A DNA stretch of 64,000 nucleotides, taken from contig JAWMAR010000061.1 of NCBI GenBank assembly GCA_036785375.1, forward strand, positions 8,990,001 to 9,054,000, in the 5' to 3' direction. Origin of the DNA: Leucoraja ocellata. Lineage: Eukaryota. Shown here one piece after another: positions 24,801-36,800 of this stretch (positions are counted from its first letter, which is position 1; every line of letters starts with the position of its first letter). The notes under the pieces are model-generated. The model was not told the origin of the DNA. It saw nothing but the letters and a program-made list of their open reading frames with translations, and did not search any database. The position numbers were made by a program, and so were the translations under genes.

Positions 24801-27800
24801 CCACACTGCACCCCACGCACACTCCCTCCTCTTGTTCTGTTGACATCGCTCTCTCTCCCTGGTCCAGACGTTTCCCAATAAACAGTCGCACAAATGACTC
24901 CATTTTTTGCTCGTATCACCCTCGATCATTGAACACTCGAGCTGCACTAACAGTGACCCACCCGATCCTTCCTCGGATTGGAGTCACAACACCATCTCTC
25001 CCTGCCTGTGGTCTCAATCTCTCCCCTCTCCTCCTGTCCGTTTATTATCTACTGCCTCCTCCCCTCCTCTCCCCACCGTTCCCTCTGCTCCACAAACACT
25101 AGCCAAGTGCGGTAACCCCTCAGAGTTTAAAGGCTGTGTTCAGCCGCGTGGTGAAATGTTCCCAGGGTTCCCATAGCTGCGGCTGAGCTTGCGTTGCCAG
25201 GTCTCACCTGTGGAATTGGCCCTGTCTAATGAAGAGGCGAGTGGGCGGGTGGCCATCTGGTGGCGGAGGTAGCTGCGGGTTGGGGAGGAAGGCCCGTCAC
25301 AGTGGTGATGATGATGAGGGTTGTCGAGTGAATGGATGGGATGGGCACTAATCACAGCTGTGAATGAACATAACACAGAGAGCACTTCATACACAGAGCT
25401 GACTGCAGCGATCCAGACTCCCCACCCACTGCCCCAGACACAGTCAAAGCAGCATCCACACCCCACACACACACACACCACCGTTCCAATCCCATGCCCA
25501 CAGTGCCTACAGACCTGTTGGTGCCCAACTCATTCCCCATCACTCCACCTGTCCTTACACCAAAGCCCTGTCTGCCTCTCCCCTTGCTCAGAACTAAATC
25601 TCTATTTCCACAAAACCAGGGACCGTCTGTGGCCCACGTCTGTGGTGATGTTGTCACGCTGGGCATTTTCAGCTAGACAACATCTTTCCTATAATACAAT
25701 GCCCACAATATGTTTCTATGATACTGTAAATGCGGCCTCACCAGCGCCTTATACAACTGCAACATGACCTCCCATGTTCTATACTCAACACTCTGGCTGA
25801 TGAAGGCCAATATGCCAAAAGCCTATTTGCCCACGCTCTCTACCTGCGACTCCACCTTCTGGGAACTATGGACATGCACTCCTAGATCCCTCTGCTCTAC
25901 AACACTACCCAGGGTCCTCACTGTCCAGACTGCTTGCTGCAGGCTGCCTTTCTTCCCCCACACTGAGGCTTGCTGTCATCTCCTTCACCACCGTCATTAT
26001 TTGAAGACGTTTTAAATCTCAGCCACACACACACTCGCACGCACACACACACGCGCACACACTCGCACGCACACACACACACATAACACGCACGCACACG
26101 CGCACACACAACACGCATGCACACGCGCACACACAACACGCACGGCTGGAATGGAGTTTGCAGCTTATCAGCCAACAGAAGCCACAGACAAAATGGATTT
26201 AAACATCTGACAGCACGATCTTTAGTTATCCGAACACGTTTCAGTAAAGTTCGCCCGTGATCAGTGACAGAGGGGGCAGACGGCAGCAGCACCGTCTGGT
26301 CAATGTCCTATCATCAATTATACCTCCACAATGTTAATGAAACCTGAGTCTGGATTTTAAATAATGTGCTAGAAATTCACCTAATATGTTGGAAACTTTC
26401 CAGTGAATTTTGCCCTGAAATATTTGGCATCAATGATCTATTTCTTTCGATTTCACTGAACAGATTTACAACTACGGGGGATTTTGGAATGAATGGATTT
26501 GTGGAGATGGACTATGTGGGGGTGTGAGTGGTGCTGCCCTCCTGGGTGACCTAACGTTGGGGAAGGAGAGGGGGTTTCCACCGAGACCATGGGTCAGGAA
26601 GGATTCTGTGGGTCAGCGAGGGGTCGTGTGTCAGAGAGGGGTCATGGGTCAGGGAGGGGTCGTTGGGTCAGCGAGGGGTCGTGCGTCAGGGAGACACTGA
26701 CTGGTTACATAGGGGTCGTGGGTCACCGAGGGGTCGTCGGTCAGGGAGGGGTCGTGCGTCAGGGAGGCACTGACTGGTTACATAGGGGTCATGGGTCAGC
26801 GAGGGGTCATGGTGGGTGACCCTCTGGCTCTGTGGGCACAGACCCTCACCGCCCGCCCGCCCGCTCTACATGAACATCACCCTGGGGTGGGCAGGAGCAG
26901 CAGACATACGTTGTGGAGGCTGAGCATCGAAGGGCATCATGATCTTGGGTCGCAGTCCCCGCCGACTGCTCATAGATGAGACGCCATCTTCCTGCTCCCG
27001 GCCTGTGGACACAAGCAGCCGTCACCCCACAACTCCATCCAGTACAACCGGGCAGAGCCGGCACAGACAGCTAACCACCAACTCACCCACACACCCACAC
27101 ACCCACCCACGCACCCACCCTTGCATTCACCCACCCTCCCTCACACACACCCACCCAAACACCCTCCCACGCACCCACCCACACACCCACACACCCACCA
27201 ACCCACCCACCCACCCACCCACACACCCACTCACCCACCCACCCACCCAAACACCCTCCCACGCACCCACCAACTCACCCACCCCCCTGACCCGGGTCCA
27301 CCCGGCACCCACAGGCCCGCCTGTCACCCGTGGGTGGGGGAGAGGGGTCACGTGGCCGCGACTGACCCAGGTAAGAGTTCCTGCGCGTGTGGTCTTTGTC
27401 CACGTTGTCCGCGGGGCTGATGTCCTGGGAATTGCGGGGAATGGGGGTGTCGGTCATGACGGGGTTGGGATCGGGGGACTTGTCGATCGGCTTCAGCTCC
27501 AGACGTTCGTGATGGATCCACAGGTCTGGGGGCTTCACATCCTTCGAGTTGCCTTTGTACTTGTGGGATCCATTGGCAGCTTTACAAGCAGCTCGTTTCC
27601 TGCAGGGGAGGGGCAGCTGGAGTGAGTGCAGGAGGCCGCGAGCTTATGTACGGTACCCAGCACACCCCACCACATGCCCGCCCCACCCACCCCCACCTCC
27701 ACCACCCCATGCCCACCCCACCCATCACATGCCCATCCCACCTCCACCCACCCACCCCACCCCAACCCCAACCCCACCTCCACATGCCCACCCCACCGAC

Positions 27801-30800
27801 TCACTTCTTCTGCTGGTAGTTGGTCCTGCGGGTGCAGATGAAGGCGATGATGACCACCATGATGATGGTGAAGACGCCGACAGAGATGATGATGATCAGC
27901 ATGATGTTGCTGTCCAGGGTGGAGGTGGGCTGCCGTGGGGGCTGTTGTGACCTGTGGGCGAAACATCGGCCGTGAAGGGAGGGGCAGGATCACAGGACGG
28001 GGGTCACAGCGGGGTCGTGAGGTCACCGAGGGATGCAAGGTCACTGGAGGTCACTGGAAATCGTGAGGTCACTGGAGGTCGTGAGGTCATGAGGTCACTG
28101 GGGAGAGGGGGCAGTGTGGGTTGCGAGGGGCTGTGCGAGGGGGCTGGGTCCAGGGGGAGAGAAGGTCACTGCTACTCACCACCGATGGAGTGCCTCGTGT
28201 CGGTGCCCAAGTCCATGGATGGCGGGTGTTTGCCGAGTTTGCCAGATCCTGGTGCTGTTTAAGAGACAGAGATGGGTGAACACACACAGAGACAGACAGA
28301 CAGGATGCACTGGGACAACGAACTACACCACCCCGGCACACAGACGGGGGCAGAGTGAGGAACGGACAAACTTGCCCCAGGCACCATTGGCCAGGGTTGG
28401 CCAAGGTTGGCTCGGTGTTCCAGCACCAGCCAGGTGCCAGCGCTCCTGCTGCCCACTTCCTTGCTGTATGGCACTGTTGGTTCACTGGGTATTTGTGCAA
28501 TAGTCAGGTGTGGGAAGGAAGAACGAACGTGACCAGCTCCCGGTCTCCAAACCACAGAGCAGTTCCTTCTCATCTCCTTTCTAAAGGTACAACCTTTTAT
28601 TCTGAGGCTGTGGCCTCTGGTCCGAGACTCTCCCACTGCCAAGGGCCGCAGTGCGTTCATCCCGTTCAAATGCGGACACCAGACCCTGTGCTGACCACCT
28701 GGCACCAGGCCCCACCGAGACAAACGTCTGGGTCTTGGGTAACAACTCAAGGAATGTCTGGGAATAAAACAGGTGAGGCAGGGGGAAGGGGTGACCAAGC
28801 CCCCATCACTGAGCTGACTCAACACTGGTTCACACTGAAGGTCCAGAGATCAAAGGATTGTGGCATGCAAGCACAAGATGAGTGAGTGGGGGAGGGTGGG
28901 GGTGGGGGTGGGGGTGGGGGTGGGGGTGGATGGGAGATTGGGGGTGGGGGTGGGGGTGGGGGGGAGGGTGGGGGCTGTACATAGGGCCGTCTGTAGTGGC
29001 CGTTTCCAGGCCCCGATCACGGGAGAAAAACGGAGGAATATTCTTTGCACCTTTATAGGCTTCCATTGGAGTGAGAAATGCTCAGAAATGGCTGGTGTTT
29101 ATGTAGAAATTAATTGGTGTATGTGAACTTGAACTAATTTATCTATGGTAGTAACTGTGTTATTCTCATTAATATTAAGAAGAGGATGAAATGTTATGAA
29201 TTGAAGTCCATGCAGACTTAATGACTATGAGATTTTTTTTTGTAGCCTCTGCCTGACCCTCCACTTGAACTTGAACTAACTTATCAATGGACTTATCAAA
29301 ACTTATCAAAAGACTTGGAATGTGATGAAGAATATTCAGATGAAGATCAGATGTAATGTAAACAAATAAATTGGGGAAATAAATGATTATATAAAGATTT
29401 ATTTTAATGCGATACATACTAAGGGACTGTGGTACACTGTGAAATCGACAGAAAGATGGAGGGTTGGGTGTTTATGCGTGCTATTTCCATGATATTTATT
29501 TTAGTTGTTTATCTTTTAATATTTTATCTTGTATGTATCGTTAGCTTTTAGAAATGTTTGAATGGTGCACTGACTGGCTGACATTTTTAAATTTCGTTGT
29601 ACATGGTTCATGTTACAATGACAATAAAGAAACTATTCTATTCTATTCTATTCAATATGGGCATTGGCCACTAGATAACGCTTACTTTTCCAATCTCATT
29701 TTCTAATTAGTTTAATTAATTAATGTGCAACTTTCGGCACTGACGAGTTATGACTTCCGTCTCAATAATATTTCATCTAAACCTGTGAAATATTTAATGT
29801 AGTTCCGTGACGTGGGTCACGGAAATGGGTTTCTAGACACATTTTTGATGCTCGGCCCACAGGCTACTGGCCCCCTGCTGCTGCCATGGTCCCCTGTCCA
29901 CTGGCCCCAGCTACTGTCCACTGGCCCCAGCTACTGTCCACTGGTCCCTGCTGCGGCCGTGGGGCCCCAGCTACTGTCCACTGGCACCCCAGCTACTGTC
30001 CACTGGCCCCAGCTACTGTCCACTGGCCCCTGCTGCGGCCCACTGGCCTCCTGCAGCAGACACGCTGCATCACTGAGTGGCCCCTCACCTTTCGGCGTAC
30101 GGAACTGCACAAACTCGGACAGCGGGCCCATGCCCTTGGAGTTGCGGGCCTGGATCTTGAAGTAGTAGGTGGTGTCGAGCGTTAGGTCCTGGATCTGGTG
30201 AGTGAGTCTGTCCCCAACCACCGGCTCTATCACCCAGTCATGGATCTCGGCATTGATGTCCGTGCTATAGTAGATGATGTAGCCTGTGGAGGAGAGAGAA
30301 GNNNNNNNNNNNNNNNNNNNNNNNNNNNNNNNNNNNNNNNNNNNNNNNNNNNNNNNNNNNNNNNNNNNNNNNNNNNNNNNNNNNNNNNNNNNNNNNNNNN
30401 NNNNNNNNNNNNNNNNNNNNNNNNNNNNNNNNNNNNNNNNNNNNNNNNNNNNNNNNNNNNNNNNNNNNNNNNNNNNNNNNNNNNNNNNNNNNNNNNNNNN
30501 NCAGTGTTCCTGTGAACTGTTTGTAATGCAGACCGTTCGCAAGTCAGAGATGAAGCTGTGAATAAATGAAGCTACCACCCAGCAGAAGATGCCTCCAGCC
30601 CCACAGTATGCCTGCTCTCCCCACTGGCTCTCTAACTGAGCTCTGCATTATTCAAGCTAGCGTTGGGAGGCTGGTGAACTCATGCAGGATGAGGGAGACA
30701 CTCACCTTGGAGTTACGGACCTCCAGCGTGACGTTCTGAGGGGGTGCACTGGGAGCTGGAACACAGGACAGGTCAGTCACAGAATGTCAGTGCATACCAC

Positions 30801-33800
30801 ACGGGACAACACGCCAGTGACACAGACGCACACGCATGACACTCACCTCCTGAATAGGTGGTGGCCACCACCTCCTCTGTGGAGACGCCGGGACCATGCT
30901 TGTTGTACGCCACTACCCTGAAGCTGTACTCTGTAAACTTCTTCAGCCCATTCATGGTGTACCACAGAGCTCCCACATCCACATCCTGCAAGGAAAGGCC
31001 AGTTGACAATCTGAACCGTCCAGCTTTCTATTCACCTTACGCCAAGCTTCACCTGGCAGCCAGGATGTTAAAGAACGGCCCGTCCCATTGAGACCAGTGG
31101 CACTGTCGACTCTGTAGGTAAAGGCTATTGTCCAGCCCCTGCTCCATATCCCATCTCTGCCCCAGTCGCTGTCCCACCCACTCTCCCTGTCCCGCCCTTG
31201 GCCAGGGATAAACTGCTGGTGGGGATGATCTACAACTGACCAGGGCCACTCAACACAGGAGGGGAGAACTCTCTGCCATCAGGCCCCTGCTACCATTGGT
31301 CATCCCGCCACTCACTAGGCAAATAACAAAGTGCTGGAGGAACTCTGATGAAGGTCCTGCCCTAGAACCTCGCCTGCCTGAGCCGCTGAGTTCTTCCAGC
31401 AGGTTGTTCTTTGCTGAAGACTCCAGCAGCAGCAGCAGTGTCTGGTGTGTCCAACTCACCTGCTCACTGCCAGCCCCGTTCTCCATGTAGTAGAGCTTGT
31501 AGTTGTTGATGGGCCCGTTGTCAGAGTGAGGTTCCTGCCATATGACAGTGATCGAGGTGGCAGAGTTCGCCTGTGCTACCAGATTCTGGGCAGCTCCTGG
31601 CACTTGGACTGCAAAACAAAGCAAGTTCCCATTCACACGTTTGTCCCAGTCAACCCATGCCCAGGTGACCAGGTGTAGCCCCCCGGTCATGACGGACCAT
31701 GGGTGACCAGCTGACCAGGCTGGTCCTTGCTGATGCCCAGGCAGTGCCCTCCAGTGAGAGAGAAGGACATTGTGTTAACAAAAGTGGGCACTTGTCGAAA
31801 GAACTTGCATAATCTCTAACAATGCAGGTCACTGTCTATACAAGCCGAGATGTTTTATACATCATGTGGAGACTAATGCTGGCCAGGAACACGGACTGTA
31901 AGTAGCACGGCACACGCTGAGAGAAATCACGCTGCTGATATTAAACCTGTGTACTTCACCCTTCAGTGACACTCGTGGCAAACTCAGTAACGATCTGATG
32001 AACACATGCGCAACACTAAACTTGGCTTGATTGTAAAATTCCTTCTGGATGGCGCTCAGAATCCAAATCAAATTATGGAAAGAAATAATCCCTGTAACAT
32101 GATTCTTCCAAGTTAACGATCTGCAGGAAAGTTGCGTAAGATGCACGTGCTGAGGCTGGAGCTGGCAACAGTGAAACAAGGAATGGGTTGGTCAGAGAGA
32201 GGATGTAAGGAGGCCCTGGGTGAAGAAGGGAACTAGTGAGGAGGTTGCAGAGCTGGGACTGTGGGTGGGTGGGGACGGGTGGTTTGGGGGTTGAGGAACA
32301 CAGTGAGAGTGGGGAGAAGGCTTAGCACCAAGGGGGGGGGTTCTGATCCTCGCTGCTGTCCTGGACATTATCAGTCCTGAACATGAACTTATACTTCATG
32401 TGTAATGCCAATGCTGCCACCTCAAGCTTGGCTAAAGCAGTGGCTGCAGGCTTGAGTCTGTCCCCGCACAGTTTTATTGTTTCCATAGAGAGCTCCACGA
32501 CGGCCCACCGGCCATCAGAGTGCCTCTACGGGAGCTGCCAGGGCCCGTGCTTCTCTCAGTTAGTGTTGCAACACCCACTGCAGGGCAGCCTGAGCACAAA
32601 GGAACCTCTCTCCGACTGGCCAGCGACAGATTGCATTGTCCACAGCGAACATGTAGCTGGAAGAAGTCAATGTTTAATTGACGGTGGTTAGCAGTGCAAG
32701 CAAAGAACTAAAACAACTCAAACAAGCCTGACAGGTGTTTGCTTTATTCATCCATTTCTTTCCATTAGTGCTGCAGCACCAGGTTTCACCTCTCCCAGCT
32801 GCTGCCTGGCGAAGCCGGCCGGCTGCAAACACACACCTGCAGCCAACCTTTCCTTGGAAAGTGCCCACACACACCTGCCCCCACCCACACACACACACAC
32901 CTGGCCCCCCACACACACACACACACACACACTTGGCCCCACACATACATACCTGCCCCCCACACACACACACATGGCCCCACACACACACACCTGGCCC
33001 CCACACACACACACACACACACCTGGCCCCCCCCACACACACACACACACCTGGCCCCCCCCCCCACACACACACACACACCTGACCCCCCACACACACA
33101 CACACCTGACCCCCCACACACACACCTGGCCCCCCACACACACACACACACACCTGGCCCCCCACACACACACACACACACCTGCCCCCCCCCCCCACAC
33201 ACACACACACACCTGACCCCCACACACACACACACACCTGACCCCCACACACACACACACACCTGACCCCCACACACACACACACACCTGACCCCACACA
33301 CACACACACACCTGACCCCCACACACACACACACACCTGACCCCCACACACACACACACACACCTGACCCCCACACACACACACACACACCTGACCCCCA
33401 CACACACACACACACCTGACCCCCACACACACACACACACCTGACCCCCACACACACACACACACCTGACCCCCACACCACACACACACACCTGACCCCC
33501 ACACACACACACACACACCTGACCCCACACACACACATACACACACCTGGCCCCACACACACACACCTTGCCCACACACACACACACCTGGCCATTCCAA
33601 ACACACCACCAACCCGATAAGAGGAAACAGTCGCTGGCATCTTGTCACAATGGGGAGTAACAGGCAGAGGGGAGATTTGCGAGAAACATATGAAATTATA
33701 CGGTATAAATAAGATGGCTAGTTCGAGTTTTTCCCCATGATAGCAATGTCAAACACCTGTGGAATAACTTTAAGGTGAGAGGGGGAAAGTGGAAATGATA

Positions 33801-36800
33801 TGTGCAGGGCAAGATCTTTCTTACACAGAGATTGGTGGGTGCCTGGAAGATACTTACTGCCAGGGGTGGATACGATATTGGCGTTTAAGTGGAGATGCTG
33901 GGAATAGTGGGATATAGGTCGTGTGCCGACAGAGGAGATTTGTTTATCTTGCATCACATCCAGCACGGATATCCTGTACTGAAGGGCCTGATCCTTTGTC
34001 CTGTTCCATGTTCTATGTCCAAGTGGGTGAACGAGGAGGTTTGCCCAATGGATTGGATGAGCTGGAGGCCTTTAGTCAGGTGCCCACATATGCCCAAAGT
34101 GCTGACAGCCCAGTAGCCACACACACAGACAACTCCAATAATGTACAAGTTCAGAAAAAGCAACGTAGAATCTCCAAAAAATAGTTTAAAACATTTTGAA
34201 AAGATTACCTGACAAATTAAAATTCCCAAGAGCTGGTAACAGCCAGGAGCCTAGTACTGCTTCAGACACAGATCATTTCCTATCATCAAAGGTAGACACA
34301 AAAAGCTGGAGTAGCTCAGCGGGACATGCAGCATCTCTGGAGAGAAGGAATGGGCTACCTGTACCGCTGAGTTACTCCAGCATTTTGTGTCTACCTTCGA
34401 TTTAAACCAGCATCTGCAGTTCTCATAATCAGGTCATTTACATGCAGAAGGTTCACCCACAGGTCTTTGGCGAACTGTGTCGCAATCTCGCAGTTCAAGA
34501 TTGGATCACAATCACCACAGTGAAGGTAACCCTGAGATGGAGAACTCAATCTCTCTCTTCAGACTGAGTGCAAACAGTGCGTGTCCACTTTGAATGGGGT
34601 CCTCAATCCTGCAGTGGAACTGCGAGGGTGTGTTCAACCAAGGGGAGAGCCGACAATGTGGCCCTGATCCTAATCTGTGTGATATACAGCTGGCAATGCT
34701 GTGCTGCTTGCTGGCACTCAGCCTCTGCTGCTATACCCAAGTGATCACACAGAATGCCTCTGTACAGGCTGCTGCTTCAAGAGCAATTAACCCTTTCCTC
34801 ACCACGGGCTGGCAGCTGCAACAGATAGAGTGAGGGCAGAACTCAAACAGCCTGCCACACATTCAAAGCATCTCAAGCAAGAGCAGAAATAAAAGTGGTG
34901 AATGCTGGAAAACTGGGGTCAGGCAATCGTAAAATCATACAAGCAGCATAAACCTCCATGCCTGTTGATGCTAATCGCACTAGCCCACATTGTAGATGCC
35001 CATCAACTCCTACACCTTTCCTATTCAAGTACCTACCCAAACATCTCCTAAACACTGTGATTGTATCTGCCTCCACCAACCAACTCGTGACAGCTCACTA
35101 CAAATATTCATCACCCTAAACCTGTGCCCTCCCATGCCCCATACAAATGGAAACAGAGGACTTGTCCCAGACTTGAAACATTGACAGTTTCTCTTCACAC
35201 AGATGCTGCCCGACCAGTTGAGTGTTTCCAGCATTCTTTGTTTTCGCTCAGATTTGCAGCAGTTGCAATTTCTTTCCTGTTGAATTTGGAGAGATGGCAG
35301 TGTGAACCAGATCACTGAGTCTCACAACCTTCTACCAAAGGGACGCTCCACAGATCTGTTCACCAGTGGAGGAAATCTTCAATTGGAATATCCTGCTCGC
35401 ATGGAGCCAGGAAGATGTGAGGAGACTGGGAGGTCTGGGGTGATGTGTGGGGGTTTGTGTGGGGGTGTGTGTGGGGGGATGTGTGGAGATCAGTGGTGAG
35501 GAGGTGTATGATCAGGTAACAAGAGACAAGTGAAGAGATGAAGCTTTATGTATATAGTGATTGGGTAAAGGCAGGGCATGAGAAGATTGTCTGAGCAAAG
35601 ACGTGTGGAGTTGGATGATCTTGACNNNNNNNNNNNNNNNNNNNNNNNNNNNNNNNNNNNNNNNNNNNNNNNNNNNNNNNNNNNNNNNNNNNNNNNNNNN
35701 NNNNNNNNNNNNNNNNNNNNNNNNNNNNNNNNNNNNNNNNNNNNNNNNNNNNNNNNNNNNNNNNNNNNNNNNNNNNNNNNNNNNNNNNNNNNNNGGGGGG
35801 GGGGTGAGGAGGGTGTGTGTGTGTGTGGATNNNNNNNNNNNNNNNNNNNNNNNNNNNNNNNNNNNNNNNNNNNNNNNNNNNNNNNNNNNNNNNNNNNNNN
35901 NNNNNNNNNNNNNNNNNNNNNNNNNNNNNNNNNNNNNNNNNNNNNNNNNNNNNNNNNNNNNNNNTGTGGGGGGGAGGAGGGTGTGTGTGAGGAGGGTGGT
36001 GTGTGGGGGGGGGGGGGTGTGAGGAGGGTGACACATACTGGCTCCACTACCCCAGCAGATTGAACAACGTGAACAGATCAGAGAGTAAAAGTCACCTCTC
36101 TGGAATGAATAAAAGGTTGCTGTTTGGATAGGATCCAGAGCCAGTTGCTGTGTACATGGTCAGACATGCTGAGAGGGCAGAGCAGTAACATACAGACAGA
36201 GGGCAGGGACACACAAACTGACCTTCGGGCTGGGTGGCCACCCTGAAGGGGGCCGAGCTCTCCCCTGCTCCATGCTTGTTGTGAGCCACTACACGGAACA
36301 CGTACTTCACTTCCGGCATCAGATCTCTGATCGTCACTTCCAGATCACCCGGTCGACTCGTGTTTTCCACACGTTCCCTGTTGGAAAGCAGCAGAGCAGA
36401 GCATGAGTATAGCTCAGTTGTAACCAGTCCGTACACGGCCATTGCCCAGCCACACTCAGCACCTCATCAACCATTAGCTCTTTCACTACTCTGGCAAGGG
36501 AGCCCTGGCTGAACCACTCACCGCTCCTCCCTCTCCAGGGTGGAGCCAATTGATACATTTGGGGGGGGGGGGGGGGGGGGGGGGGTAAAAGGGGGAAACT
36601 GCTTTTCTAGGGTCTCTACCTGGTCGGAGAGAGAGGCAGTTTTTCTCGGGGCTGCACCATCGACCCGTCCTCGCGGCCTACCAGCGGGCCTGGAGCGGCG
36701 TTTCCTGTCGGGGACCGCCCAGAACCTCAGCTTCGGCAGCGGCACAGCGTTGGAGCGCTATCGCGGAGCGGGCGATGCCCTACCCGGGTCGCCGCGTTGG

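Noticed and set aside
29931-30578. ORFs running through N runs (also 35490-36063)
   Set aside because: Artefacts of translating gaps; only 30089-30283 is coding.
32674-33648. Long ORFs up to 324 aa rich in C/V/G or H/T/P
   Set aside because: Stop-free translations of a (CA)n minisatellite; the same applies to ORFs at 26939-27625 and 39022-41268.
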